Both the position numbers and the translations under genes were made by a program. Of a stretch of 64,000 nt of DNA, positions 40,816-57,463 are shown one piece after another. Position 1 is the first letter of the stretch; each line of letters begins with the position of its first letter. The stretch lies in the NCBI RefSeq assembly GCF_009914755.1, contig NC_060940.1. One strand, 5' to 3'. The notes under the pieces are model-generated. The model saw only the letters and a program-made list of their open reading frames with translations. It ran no database searches and was not told the origin of the DNA. This stretch comes from the human T2T-CHM13v2.0 reference genome, Homo sapiens.

Positions 40816-43074
40816 TGGGGGAAGATGTGCCACACATAGCCTACACAGTACTGACAGACTCAGGAAGCCTCCAAGCACAGGTGACCTCCAGGTGGTCCCC
40901 TAACTCAGCATGGAAACTTGAGTTTTGGCCCAGGAACCAAGACGTCCCTGTAGTCCCCCAGACATCCCTTGTGACCTCCCGTCTCACTGAAGTCCTCATG
41001 TCCCAAGCAGCGTTGAGCCTCTCCGTCTGTGTTCAAGCCATTCTCTCTGCTGGACTGTTTTCCTTCCCCTCCTCCTGCCCTCAGTGAACTGCTCCTCAGT
41101 CTTGAAGATCTTTGATTTGCAGGCCTTCCTTCCCGCCCCCAAATGAGCTGATCACCCCTTTCTTTTTGTCATCTCTGAATCCTCACAACACTTATGAGGT
41201 AGCTCTGTAAACTGCTTGTCCCCTGTCTGTCTCCCTACTGAACAGTGAGCTTCCTGAGGGCAGGCACCAGGTCTGGTTGATCTCCAATCCCCCCACCAGC
41301 TTACTCAAGGCCCAGCCCAGCAGTCAGAGAGCCTGTGGACAGACAATGAGGAACAAATGAAGTTCTGTGAGGCCAACCAGACCAGTGGTCTTGAAAAGCT
41401 CTGTTTGGGGGTTTAGGCTTTATCTTGAGAGCAACAGGGAGCCTTTGAGGGGGTTAAGTAGAGGAGAGGCAGAACCTTGCTTGGGATGAGATTCCCTGGC
41501 ATGTTGACATGGCCTCCTTCTTTGCCCCCATGAGAAAGCCCTATACCTGAGTTCCATTCACAGCTCTAGTTCTGATGTTCTGAGGTTTCTCCTTAGGCTG
41601 TGCTGGTCCCTCCAGTGGGGCTCCATGCCACACCTGTGCTTTATATTCCATGCTGGGACTGCCTGCTGTGGCATCTTGACTCTCCCTATTTATAGGATGT
41701 TTACCTGGAAAATAACCTAAGAGTACCTCCACTCTCTGACCCTGTGTTTTGCTGCATCGCTTCCTCTTGTTGGCTGGAGCGGCCAGGCTGCTGTGGATTC
41801 CAAGCTCGGAGCTTCTGCTACAAAGCAGATTTGGGACAGAAGTGTGTGCACTGGTAATTTTAAGACCTTGTTGCCACCTGTTCACACAAGGCCAAACCCA
41901 GAAGAGGAACAAGGAAGTCATGGGGGCCAATGACTCAGTTGTCCTAAGAACACAAACTTCTCAGAGTCACTTACATTCAATGGTCTGCCCTTCTTAAGTT
42001 GGTGAAAAATCAGAGATGAAGCAAAAAAAAAAAAAAATGAAGTTTTCTAATGTCTGGCTTTTAGAGATATTTAGGCACATTACCTGGACAATGGAATGAA
42101 TTTCTCCCTTATCCTACACATTGACCCTTTCACAGCCATAGCAAAAGGATACTGGCAAAAGTTCAATTCCATGGAACAGAAGTGATGGCATTTTTCAGGT
42201 AAACCTCTAATTTTCTAAGGTGACAGAATTCAAATGTTATACCTCACTACCACAGTAGGTCACACATGCTCTTTTAAACACATATTTAGATTTGTTTTAT
42301 TATAGTTGGTTATATTATGAGGCTGACAATGGTACCATGTAGTACTTTGATATGAGAAAAAAGTGAATTAATGCAATTTGAGAAGTCTTTGAGGGGTACA
42401 AAGGACTCCTCCACACAAAAAGAAAAATAACTCATGAATAGTAATAGTGGTAGGGTTTGGGGAAGGAGGAGGATGGGAATTATTTTTGAGAGTTCATCTC
42501 CTCAAGGGAAACATCAAAACCATTCAAGTGGGCTACGCAGGAGCAACAGGGAATCTCATTGGTCTGGTTTCCTGTTGAACGTGAAAAAAGTGCAGGGAGC
42601 TTATGCAGATGACTGCAGATCAGGGAAATCTCTTCTGCTGTAAAAATAGAGAGCAACTATCATAAAAATCTGAAATTAAAAAGAATAAAAAGAAGCATAG
42701 TTGCCCAAATCTTGGGGAGTTTCTCTATTAGATTTCAGGAAGAAATTAAACGGAATGCAAGAAAAATGCTTGATCTGTTGTCTACAGCTCTTTAGAAAAT
42801 GCCTACGATGAAATAGAAATCTTCAGTTCAAAAAATCAATTGCCTATAGGGACCAGGAAACTGACCTGAAAGAACAAAGCTGGACCTGGTGGGGACCATA
42901 GGGAAGAGGAGAGAACAGGCTTCTCTAAAAGTGGCGGCTGCTTCCAGCTCCTGCTCAGAACTGCCATGCGTGGATACCAGATTTTCTGATTTTTAATAGA
43001 ACAAGAATCTTCATTTTTTTATCTTTGTTTAAAATATCCTTAATTAAACATTCTGGTAAAGAAAATACATTTTT

Positions 43075-43383
<309 letters not shown>

Positions 43384-43442
43384 TTAAAGGGAGACATTCA
43401 ATAGACCTCAATGTTCTTCACAAAGATAGAAGACACTGGTAA

Positions 43443-43900
43443 GTATCTTGGGTTTGGTTTCCCCAGAAGTGGACTCTGAGACAAGGATTTGCAAGCGAGC
43501 AATTTATTTAGACAGTGATCTCCGGAATTGCTGGCAGGGCAATGGGGAGATAAAGTGGGGCAGGGAAGGCATCCACTAAATCTTGTGCTAAGGAGCAGCA
43601 TACGCCTGTGAATGTCAGGGTTCAATCCCACTGGGGAACCCTGGGAGACCCAGAGTCCATGTCTTGGAGTTGTTCCCTTTGAGGGAGGAGGAAGCCGGGG
43701 TATTTATTCACCACCTCTTTCCTTCTTTGGTAGAGTGCTGCTCCCAGAGTGTTCACTCATTGGCATTTCTGTTCAGCTTTATGAGGGCTGAGCATCTCTC
43801 ATGCACAGTCCCAGGTTCTGGCAGGACACAAGAATGGTGGGTGCTGGGGAGTTACAGATGGCGCACTAACAACGTCCTCATATTATGGGCTGATCTTGAA
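43443..43900 (-). mobile_element. ERVL solo LTR, LTR16/LTR33-like
   Basis: tttccccagaagtggactctgagacaaggatttg..ggaagccggggtatttattcacca. Confidence 0.65.
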
Positions 43901-45942
43901 GGCTTGATTGACCAAGGCTGATTGTGTGCCAAAATAACGCGTTTCTCCTCCTTCGGTACCTGGGAAAGACATCCCACTTTGCGAACCCCACTAAATAAGA
44001 ATTTTCTTTCTGCTGGACTATGACTGGTGATGTGCTGTGACTCTTTGGTAATCATCCTTAGTGGGATCAGTTGGGGCTATTTCTTGCATGGCATTTGAAT
44101 GAGAACTCTACCTCCAAATGGCATGATTTCCCAGGGCATCAATGTTGCCAGACAGTAACAGACCTGAGTATGGAGTCAAGGGACCGGGCTCTGGCACTAG
44201 CTTGCCATGTGATGTCGGCCTGCCTGTGAGCCTCTGTTTCTCTGTCTACAAAAGGCAGCGGTCAGACAGCATCTCTAATTCTGACCCCAGGCCTTCAGAT
44301 TTTGCTTTGCCTAGGGGAAGAGAACCCGGCTTGAGGTGGGATGATGCTGTCACAGGGACGGCACCTGGCAGTCATCCAGTGAGTGCACACTTAGCTTTGC
44401 TACCCAGATCCTGAGAACCACCTGGACAGCGTAGCCACAGGCAACCCAATCTCTTGCTTTGCTTATTCACAGGGAAGTCAATGACTTTCTGAGCTATAGG
44501 AAGTGCCATAATCTGGGAGGTTAAGACAGAGAATCTGGGCATATGCTTCTCTTTCCTAGGGAGATGTTGGTCTGGAAGGGGCTTGGTTCATAATGTCATG
44601 AAGTCAGCAGCTCGCACCAGGTACATGTCACATCTCAAGCTTTGAACAAGGGTCGGTGATGGATAAGGGAACTTCTCACTCACTTTTATCCACAATGTCA
44701 GGGCACCCTGGCCACCCTGCCTGAGTGTTTCATTTTCCTCACCCTCCTGCCTCCCCCATGTCTTTCATCAAGGCCTTGGAGGTAATTGCTCCATGCACAA
44801 ACAGCTTGCGGCCTAGTGTGCAAGTAACAATTAGTTTAGAGGCTGTGATCTATAAATTTTGAGGAGAGGGAAAGAGGACTTGGTGCACTTGGGCTATCAT
44901 TTCTAATGAAGAAAAATAGCACACCGGAAGGGATCCAGAGTGTTATTGAAGCAACTTAATATCATCTGGTCATGATTTGCAGGCCTTGATAATGTCTTGT
45001 GATCTTGGGGGAAAGAGAGAAAAGGGGGTGGGGGAGTGAGTTGTTGTTGTTTGTGTTTCTTAGGAAAAAAAAAAAAACCCTCACTCCGTGTTTATGAGAT
45101 TTACGACATGCGGACCACCATCTGTATAAACCCCACCAATCTTCCATCACTGTCTCTTTAGCTCTGTAAACTAGGCTGTCCAGAGAGAGACACCATAGGA
45201 ATGTCGTCCTATTTATTGTTTGTAAAAATAAACTGGCCAGCCGGAGATGTATGTGAGGAATTTACACACAGCAGCTGCACAAGCAAGTGTGCGAGGGACG
45301 CGGGGGCTGAGGAAGTCGGGAGGGGAGGCAATGTGACCCCCAGCACAGCGCACGCCCTCTCCCATCAGCCCAGAGAGGACCACTTTGGGAGATAAAAGGA
45401 AAGGCGGGGAGGTGGGAGGGAGGGAGAGAGCCAGATTCAATATCCAACCAGGTCAAACCCCTTTTCTCTTTGTCAAACTAAAGCATTGCTGCATTTGGAA
45501 TGCTGGCCTTCAAGGAGCACATCTTCCTTCCAAGAGGAGACACTGGGATGAGCCCCGACGGGTGGCCATGTGTTCCTTTTGGGGACCAAAGAGCAAAACA
45601 AGAAACAAAGACCCATCAGAGTCTTCCTGATGAGTCGCTGTTTTAAAAGCAGGGTGCGGTCTGTTTTTGGCTTTGCCTAAGGAGCAGAATCGAGTAGGGG
45701 TTGTCCCCTCTCATGAAGCATGTAGGAAGCGTGTGCTTGGCTTCTGTCAGCCAGCCCCTGCCACAGAGCCTCATATCGCTGGCCTGAGCTTTGTTACCTG
45801 TGTGTTAGCGGGGCTGTCTCTGGAAGGTTCAGGTAGGCAGAGGGCAGATCTGCTGTCTTTAGATTTGTCTCTGAATCCAAATGACAAAGACAAGACTAAG
45901 ATTCAGAAGTTTAATAATGTCATGGTTGAAATAGCAGCAATA

Positions 45943-46410
<468 letters not shown>

Positions 46411-46584
46411 TTATAAGTGGGAAAATGGAGGCTCAGGTAGTAGAGCGACACCCGTCCTGCAAGTGGTCAGGACAAGGCTGAGATTAGGCCTTAGGTCCCC
46501 TGGCTCATGGGAGCCATCCTTCCACCAGCCTTCCAGCCAGTCTGCATCCCTTTGTTCATGCCCTGGGGCTCTCTGTCCCTCTGT

Positions 46585-47160
46585 CCCCTACAGTTCATTC
46601 TCCAGACAGAAGCCAGAGTGATATTTTAAAATGTTGGGTCAACCCCCTATTTAAAGCTATTCTGTGACTTTTAATAGCAATCGGAATAAAACCCAACGTT
46701 CTTATACTGCATGATACAGCCCCTGCCAGTGTCCCCAAACTTCTCATCAGAGCTCTCGGTGGAACCTGTTAGCTCTAGGCACAATGGCCTTCTTTTTGCT
46801 CCTTCGTCATGCCAAGCACCCACTTCAGGGCCTTTGCACCTGCTGTTCTCGCCATCTGGAAGCTTCTTCTCTGGAATCTTCTTATTGCTACATCTTTCTC
46901 ACCACTCGATCTAGGCTTCAATGCCCCTTCCTCAGAGAGAGCTCCCAGACTGCTTATCTAATACAGCATCCCCCTGCCACAAGCCACTCTCAAGCTCATT
47001 GACAAGTTTTAGTTTAGAGGAAAGAAATCTTTCTTTAGAGCATTTAATACAGTTGGAAATAAAATATTTACCTGTTTATTTATAGTTTTTCTTTGCTCAC
47101 TATTTGTCTGCCTTAAGAGTGAAAGAGCTTTCTTATCTTTTTGTTCTCTTCTGCATGGAG
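46585..47160 (+). mobile_element. L2 fragment
   Basis: cattctccagacagaagccagagtgat..tcagggcctttgcacctgctgttc..cttcctcagagag. Confidence 0.7.
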
Positions 47161-48108
47161 TCATCATTCATACATTCATTCATTCACTCACTTATTCAGC
47201 TATATTTACTGGATTCACTTGTAACTGACAATTCCAAAGAAACCTACATTCCAGTAAAGAAAGTAAAATAATAAACACATGGGCAAATAAATGATAGATT
47301 ATATTTCTTAGGATTGTGAAAAGTATTAAGTTTTTAAAATTTAAAATAGTTTATTAGTGTAAGGTTCTGAGCCCAATGCCTGGTACTTAGTATCTGCTTT
47401 GCAAACATTGAAGTTTTGTGCTAACTCAGCACTCGAGACTCTTAGGTAAACCTGTCTTCAATGAATTTATAGTCAAATGCAGGAGACTGATGTGTTTAAA
47501 GATAAATTATATTAGATGGGGCTACTATCTCTTTAGAGAGGTTAACTGAGGCCAAGAGGCCATTGATAAGATCATTGAGCCCGTTGGAGATGTTTGGACG
47601 AGCAGTCATGCCCAGCAAGAGGTTAGAGAAGATGACCTCTTAAGGCCTCCTGCTTGCCTGACCCTGTTTTGCTTGCTCCATGAGGTGGCTCCCATTTAGC
47701 CAGAGCTGTTTAAATGGGTGTAGACCATAGAAGGGGAAAATTACATGCAGTTACTCCTGCAACACTCATTTGCCTGCTAACTTGGTGCCATTTACAAATG
47801 GTTTTCACATAGTCTTTAAAGTAGGGCTTCTCAACCTGGGGGAAGAAATCTTGAAATTGCACGCATCATATTTAGTGGATATACAAGAAAATATATATAC
47901 ATTTTTTTGTTCCTGAGGAGAAGGACAATAGCTTCATCAGTGTTTCCAAGGCATTTTGTGTCACAAGCACCACTTAGTTAAGTTGACAACACTTAGGGTA
48001 TTTCAGAATTATGAACCTATTTTCTAATTTTTTTAAAAATACAAGGCTTTCCTCCTAATTTGGGGTGAGATTTCTAAACCTACTAAATTCATATAGCTTT
48101 ATATTTGC

Positions 48109-48680
48109 TGATTCAATAAATATTTATTGAGCAACAGGTAAGGCCCAGCATTGCTGAAGATTCTGTAAAAACAGCAAGGCCATGTCAAAGGAAGTTCCTG
48201 CTCTAAGGTTCTCTTCTGGGAAGCAAGGAGAGAAGAGACTAAACAAGTAAAGAAACATAAGATAACCTCAGTTGGTGCTAAGTGCTCTGGAGAAACGAAA
48301 GCTGAGTGATGCCATAGAGAAGGAAGAGGGCATTGCTTTCTATTGAATAGTCAGGGAAGGTCTCTTTGCCAAGGGAGCATTATAGCAGACACCTGAATTG
48401 ACAAGATAGAGTCAGCTAAACAAAGATTCAGGAGAAGAATATTTCAGGCATTTTAAGCAAGACAATGGCTTATGCAAATGTTCTGAGGCAGAAATCAGCA
48501 TGGTGGATTTCAAGGATGCAATGAGGCAGTGTGGCTCTAGAGTCATGAATAGGGGGAGAGGTGATATAAGATGAAGCAGAAACATAGGTGGAGGCAGGAT
48601 CTCCTAGGGCCTGGTAAGACTTGATTAAGAGTTTGAATTGGATTTTCATGTCGTGGGAAATCACTGGAAGTTATTACCAA
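48109..48680 (-). mobile_element. L2 fragment including 3' end
   Basis: attcaataaatatttattgagca..gtcagggaaggtctct..tagggcctggtaagac..gggaaatcactggaag. Confidence 0.8.
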
Positions 48681-49227
48681 GGCCTCATAGTTTCCCATGG
48701 CATGCGATGCTTCTGACAATATGAATGTGTTCCTCTATTTGGACAGAATAGCAACACACCCTTATTCTTTTAAGAAGAGACCTTGGGTGTGACCTTCCCA
48801 ATTGAGTTTAGAATATCACTTTGTATCCCATAAATATGTACAATTTTGTGTCAGTTAAAAATAAAACAAACCAAAATACCCTCACCAACAAGCCCTGCAG
48901 TTGAAAGATACTCCGCTAAGGTACGCTGAGAGAATGCAAGGCCAGCTGTGCTTCAAGAATGCAATCTTTTCTATTACAATGCAAAGCAGCTTAGCTCACC
49001 AGTGCCTTCAACCTCTGCATCATAGATGGGGAAAGTTGGTGCCACTCTGCATAAGCAGACAGCCTCTTAGAGCATTTTTCTCAAAATAAAGTTTATCTTT
49101 CCTCAGATTTTAAATGAACCTTTATTCTAGAAGAAAACAAATCAATAAAAGCATGCACATAGCTCTGTGCTTACATTTATAAAATTAATTTAGGAATGGT
49201 TTTTTTAAAAAGTTAGTGTAAAACAGG

Positions 49228-49660
49228 TCTATCCCAAATTGGGTCCTTTAGGAAGCAGACTCTGAGATAGAGATTATCAAGTGGGAAGTTTATAAAGGAA
49301 GACTCTTGAGATCGACGCCTGTGAGGGAAAATGCGGAAGCAGAATTGGGGCTGAGGGAGTGGCTGGGCTGTGATGCTGTCACAGTAATGCAGTGATTCCA
49401 TGGGGACCTCTGAAGCTGGGCTGGCTCTTCAGAATGGTCCTTAGTTGAGTGAGGAAACCAGGACTTTACATCACTGCTCTAGACTAAATATCTTATGTAG
49501 ACTACCTCTAGAAGGAAGGGACTTGGGCGAGGCAGCTTTCTTTAGCTGAGGCACTATCTGAAGAAGGCTGATAGCTGAGGACTGTCTAGTACTGTAGGCA
49601 GTAGCCCAACAGCTGGGGCAACGTTTTTCTTCTCCAAAGGTGGATCTGAGGGGGGAAATA
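49228..49660 (-). mobile_element. LTR16C-like ERVL solo LTR
   Basis: ggaagcagactctgagatagagat..cttgggcgaggcagctttctttagctgaggca..cagctgggg..ggatctg. Confidence 0.75.
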
Positions 49661-49689
49661 TGGGTGTAAAGTGGAAAAGAAAAGCATCC

Positions 49690-50730
49690 CTTTTCCCTAC
49701 CTTTTATACTCTATCTACTCCACAGAGGAACCATATTTGATTGTTTCTATTTTTAGTTTCTCCAAGTTGATTTCAAATGTCCACATGCAATGCACACAAC
49801 TCTACTTCTTGGTCTATGAATTCTGAACAGTGTTTGTCAGCTTCCTAATAAGAAAGATGAGGGTCTGAACTAATTCTCCTCATGTCCTCCTTCCAATTTT
49901 GTTAGGTATATTATTTCAAGTTTTTCTGTTGGAGGGCTTTATATCTGTTAAATAATGTATTTCTATTTTCAAATTTATTAACATTACATTGTATCATCCC
50001 TCTTGACATTGCAAGATTAAGGAAATTAGCAATTCTACATAGCCCTCCAACTTCCTTTAATTCCTGTTAGTCATATGATTATTTTCACATCGTCAGGGTT
50101 TATAACACTTTATGTTCTGTAAGTATAATCAATAATCAATATTTTCCTGTAAGTTAAAACCTGATAGACTGCAGTGAAAATATTATGATTATGTAAATAC
50201 ATTTGTTACCACAGGGTTTATCCTGTTATATGACCATAGTAAGGTAACATATTCATAGATTAAGGGATCAATATGTGGTTATCTTTGATGGGGGGCATTA
50301 TTCTCTCTACCACATATGGTGATCCTCTATTGATAGAATCCTGTGTCTTTTATTGGTCTTTTTTCATTTGCTGTAGTATATTGTTAAAAAAAATTGAGGG
50401 AGAGATATGGAGGAAAAAACCTTGAGTCTTTATATGTCTGAAAAATATCTTTACCCCATCCTCTCATGATTTGTATAGTTGAACTCGGTATAAAAGTCTA
50501 GACTCAAACATTTTAAAAATAATGTTCAGATCCATCCATTTTCTTCCTGTATTCTGTATTATTTGTAACAAGTCAGATGAAGCTTTGTCTTTATAGATAA
50601 CCTGTTCTTACTCTCTGTAACTTTTTATAAGAATATTTTGAAATGTGGGGTTTTTTTCCAATCCTGCACAGTATTTGGTGTTTCTGTTCAATATGAACTT
50701 TCATATGTAAAATATTTTCAGCTATATTTT
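49690..50730 (-). mobile_element. HAL1/old L1-type fragment (probably continues at ~54100-54960)
   Basis: ttgagtctttatatgtctgaaaaatatcttta..ggtataaaagtctag..aagtcagatg, an ORF1-like region; small MLT1 piece at 50240-50315. Confidence 0.55.
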
Positions 50731-50768
50731 TTATTTTTTAACAGCTTTATTGAGATATAGTTTTCATA

Positions 50769-52762
<1,994 letters not shown>

Positions 52763-52946
52763 AGAATAGCTGCTAGGAGGAACTGGGTATATGTGTCTCT
52801 TTGTTAATGTCTTTCCAGAGAAGATCTCCAAAGACATCTTAGAAAACTAGCCAAGCTCTCTTTACATCTCCTTGACTTGAACTTTGCCATGTGCTCATTC
52901 CCAACCCAAGCGTTGAGAAAGAGGGAAATATGTTCTGAGTAACTTC

Positions 52947-53074
52947 CAGTGTTTCTTAATTTGGGAACCATGGCCATTTTGGTTAAGTTAATTCTTGACT
53001 GTAAGCAACTGCTCATGCATCTCAGGACATTTAGTGTTCTTGGTATCTGTCCACTAAATGTCAATAACACCACT
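52947..53074. mobile_element. MER20-like hAT MITE fragment
   Basis: cagtgtttcttaa..attctt..tgcat..aggacatttag..ccactaaatgtcaataacacc. Confidence 0.55.
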
Positions 53075-53926
53075 TGTATTGGTTGTATTATTGCCACTAA
53101 AACAACTTGCCACAAAGTTAATGGCTTAAAATGACACAAATTAATTCTCTTATAGATCTGGAGATCAGACATATTTAATTTAATTTTATTTTATTTTATT
53201 TTATTTTATTTTATTTTTGAGATGTAGTCTCTCCCTGTCACCCAGGCTGGAGTGCAGTGGTACAATCTCTGCTCACGGCAACCTCTGCCTCCTGGGTTCA
53301 AGCGATGATTCTCATGCCTCTGCCTCCTGAGTAGCTGGGACTACAGGCATGTGTCACCACACCTGGATAATTTTTGTATTTTTAGTAGAGACAGGGTTTC
53401 TCCATGTTGGCCAAACTGGTCTCGAATCCCTGACCTCAACTGATGCTCAAGATCAGACATTTAAAATCAAGATGTTGGCATCTCCCTTCGGCTGTTTTCA
53501 CAGGGAGAATCCATTTTCTTGCCTTTTTCAGCCCCTAGAAGCCACCTGTATTCCTTGGATTGTCACTCCTTCCTGACATCATTCCAACCTCTTGCTTCCA
53601 CTGTCACCCCTCCTGTGACTACCCTGACCCTCCTGCCTTGCTACTCTATGGACTTGTGATTACATTGGGTCCAACCAGATAGTCCAGGACAGGTCTCCCC
53701 ATCTTAAGGTCCTAACTCAATCACATCTGCAAAGTCCCTTTCCCCGCGTAAGGTAACATATTCATAGGGTGAATGGGTGCTGAGTCTAACAGTGAAATAA
53801 GAATTTGGGCATGAATGAAGAGTGGGAGATGCCCTGCAGCCTTCTTCACTAGCGGAGGATGGATTTCTCATTCTTTCAAGATTAGGACCTGGGCATCTTT
53901 GCGGGGCCAGTACTCAGCCTACCACA
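53075..53926 (-). mobile_element. MLT1C/D solo LTR containing an Alu and a templated insertion
   Basis: tgtattggtt..ggagaatccattttcttgcc..aatcacatctgcaaagtccct..gattaggacc..cagcctaccaca. Confidence 0.85.
53173..53449 (-). mobile_element. 5'-truncated AluS with (TTTTA)n tail
   Basis: TSD agatcagacat 53162-53172 / 53450-53460. Confidence 0.9.
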
Positions 53927-56511
53927 CCCTCATTCCTTTTAACCCCCATCTCCTTGTAGCAACTGTAAGTCGCTTATTGAGTCACATACGCTTTCTAGGA
54001 TGAGGGGACACCTCAACAAAATGGGTGCTGTTTTGGGAATGATTGAAGGAGCAATGAATGCTGAGTGGGTAAGCAGAAGTATTTCCATATTATCACATGT
54101 TTATTTTCAAAGTACTTTTTCTTATCTTCTGATTTGTTTCCTCAGTATATTTTGTCATAAATGTAATATTGCCTTAAATCTGAGTGTACTTACTTGATTT
54201 TTAAAATATTTTTCTCCTGTTTCCTGTTTTCTGGGATCATTTTTTTGCTCACTTGTTAGTTTGGGGCTGCAAGTTATCCTCAATGGATTTTCCACCTGGC
54301 TCTTGATCTTCAGTTGCCCATTCTTGTGTGCCAGTTATGCACTTGGCTGATTTACACAGCGGGCATTCTCCATTTTGGTTTTAGAATTCTGCTTCCCAAC
54401 TCACCTTCCCTTCATTCCCTTCATGGTAGAATAAAGTGATTTGAACCTTGGCATATGGTGGTGAGAGTTTGGGGCGGCTGGGACCACTAGCAGATTATCC
54501 CTTCCTTTATGTTGCAAGAGGCAATTGACAGCCATATCGGGAGCCCTAGTCCAGGTCTTGGGTATAAACTGTCATTTGTTCAGTGTGCTAAGAGTAGGGA
54601 ATAAAACAGAGGAGGCTGAGAGAGCTTTAATTTATTACCTTATTTATTCTCCCATTTCTGCTTCTGCTTTGCCTACCTACAGGTAAAAGGTTTATAGCTC
54701 TCCAGGGGTCTGCAAGGAAGAATGTCTTCCACCTTTGCAGGGGCCTTCTCTGGGTGCTCTGGACTCCAGTTTCCTCTTCTGTGACTCATGCATCGGTAGT
54801 AACCCATACACTTTCCACATTCCAGAAACAATACGGATTCTCTGCTCTACTTAAGGATCTCTTCCTCCTTACCTCAGCAATCTTTGGGTTCATAGCACTA
54901 TTCTGTTAGTATTGAGGGAAAAAATAAGATAAAAGTGTCTGGTCCCTCTCCCAATTTGAACTAAAAATCTGTCTTTAGTTTTAAAACGGTTTTATAGCCT
55001 TAGTTCTTAGGTATCAAGATTTTAGAATTCCAGCCTCAACTGGAACCCTGTTATAATTTTATATAAAAGACAATGAAATGGTTAAACCTGGGCAGGCTAA
55101 CAGTGAAATAAGCATTTGGGCATGAATGAAGGGTGGGAGATGCCCTGCAGCCTCCTTCGCTAGCTAAGGATGGATTTCTTGTAGAGGTAGACTCATTTCC
55201 TGTCCTCAGGAGTCATCACATGGCCACCAGAGAACAGGACATTGGGTGAGAGCAAAAAGCACTGGCAAGCCGTGGGGAACAGACCTGCAGAGAGTGACCT
55301 CAGTGGCCCACATTACAATTTTCCTACAATTTTCACAGCCAGCCCGGAGGCTGCCCTTCCAAATTTTGGAAACTCTTGGAGCTGGATCTATCCAATTGCC
55401 CTGGGGAAGATCATTCACATTCCACTGCAAGAGCAGCCGCCTTTCAGTCATCCTGTAGTCTTTAGGGGGTGATAGGGCTGAGGGAGCATTTTCTGTCCTC
55501 GTGTGCTCCCTGACCCCAACCTCCCTAACCACTGCTTTGTCTAAGGTGGCAGCTGAAGGCAGGATCTGGGATGCCAGGCCTGTGAACCCTGCACCCTGGC
55601 CATCCATCTAGGCCTTCTCTGAACACCAGAAGGCAGAGACTGCAGGCCCAAGGATTTGGGGGACAAGAGGAATGAACCCATCGATTCTGGAAGTTTAACC
55701 AGGGGGAGCTACAGGTGAAGATAAAATGGTGGGTGGGCATCAGAATGAGGAGTGGGGTGGAGGGGTTGCCTCCTGCCATTGTCTCATTAACACTGAGTAT
55801 TTTTTCTTTCTGATAATTATCCTTTTTCACTGGTTTTTATTGCTAATTTGTTGAAATTATATAAACAAGGAGCCAATGTAGGCTTCCTATAAACCGACTG
55901 CTGCTTATCCAAAGTCCCTCACATTTTAATTAAGATTTAACCTCATTCTTAGGAGAGCTCATGCTTTATTTAGCATTTATTACTATTAGGAGTAGTAATA
56001 TTAAGTACTCAGTGAGTAACTGCTATTATTACTCATCAGTGCTTTTATCAAGTTGTTCACTTTTGTAAGAAGCTCTCCTTCCCACTTCGTATTCAAATTA
56101 CTCCCTGGTCTTCTCTGCCTCCAGATATCAATTGTTGCCCTATGTTGTGGGAGCCATTGTTGGAATTTTCAATCCACTTCAGTGAAACTGGGAACTCCAT
56201 GGCTCTTACCTCATTTTTCCAAGTCATTTTCCTGAAGGAGGTACATTTTCTTAAAACATTGTATAGAAGATTGTAGAGAAAATGGCCCAGACATCTTGGG
56301 AGGTAGGGTGCCTACTGGTTGCAAGAAGACCATGTAGTGTCATGGAAACTGGGTAACAACAACCCTCTGTGGGCAAATGGTGGAAGAATGGGTTCTTTAG
56401 TTAATTTTTTTTAAGCAAAATCTTGTTGATGATACCCCTCCCCTCTAAAATAGACAGAATGCTGTTTCAATGGGTAAACATTCTGGACTGGTATACTAGT
56501 CATGAGATGAT

Positions 56512-57003
56512 GTGGTAGATTGCAAAAAATGACCACAAGATCCTCCCCTCCCTATATTTGCAATGTGACTTTGCTGCCACCTCCATAAGAGGTAGAGTCT
56601 AATTTTTCACCCCCATGAGTCTGAACTAGAGACTTGCTCTGATCCATAGAATGTGCGAGTTCTTATCACAGGCCTCAAAAGGTGTTGTAGCTTCTACTGT
56701 TGCTCTCTTGCTGTATGGAGGCTCAGGTGAAGAAGCTTGGGCAAGCCTACCAGAGATTGAGAATACATGGAACAGTGATGGGATATCCAAGCTGAAGACT
56801 CCTAAGCCATCAGCTTCCAATCAATATACCCATGGACTGCAGCTATAGCAGTGACTTGAGTGAAATAAGCAGAAGAACCACTCAGCTGAGCCCAACCCAA
56901 ATTGCTGACCCACAGAATCATAAGCAAATAAAATGGTGGGTGTTTTAAATCACTAGGTTTTGGGGTGGTTTATTATAAGTATAGGCAATAGCTAATTAAT
57001 GCA
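56512..57003 (+). mobile_element. MLT1G/H-like solo LTR
   Basis: tgtggtagattgcaaaaa..cagctgagcccaacccaaattgctgacccacagaatca..ttttggggtggttt. Confidence 0.8.
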
Positions 57004-57039
57004 AATATTCTCTATTTTCCCCATTTTTCTTAATCTTGA

Positions 57040-57390
57040 CAGACTAGATTATGCTGCGGTAACAACTCTAATGTTTCAGCAGCTTGGACCATAAAAATTA
57101 ATGTCTCATACATGTCCATTTTGGGTCAGTTGGGGGCTTTGTTCTCTGTCTCTATAATCTGGCATGTAGGCTGACATGTCAAGTGTTGCTGGGTACTACA
57201 GCAGAGAAAACAGATCTCTAATGATATTTTCCTTAGCAATTAAATTTTCTATATTGGAAGTGACACATCATTTCTACATGCAAGTCACGTGGCTTCACTC
57301 AAACACAAGAGGCCAGGAAACAGTCCTGTGATGTGCAGAAGAAGTGGACAGCCAAACATATTTGATAAACACCATAAATAACTACCTATA
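57040..57390 (-). mobile_element. MLT1J/L-like LTR
   Basis: ttatgctgcggtaacaa..ggaagtgacacatcatttct..caagtcacgtggc. Confidence 0.6.
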
Positions 57391-57463
57391 AGCCAACCCA
57401 GTAAGAGGGGAAAATGGTGAAAATTTCCTCTACCCCCTACCCCCCGACTCACAAAAAAAGGGA

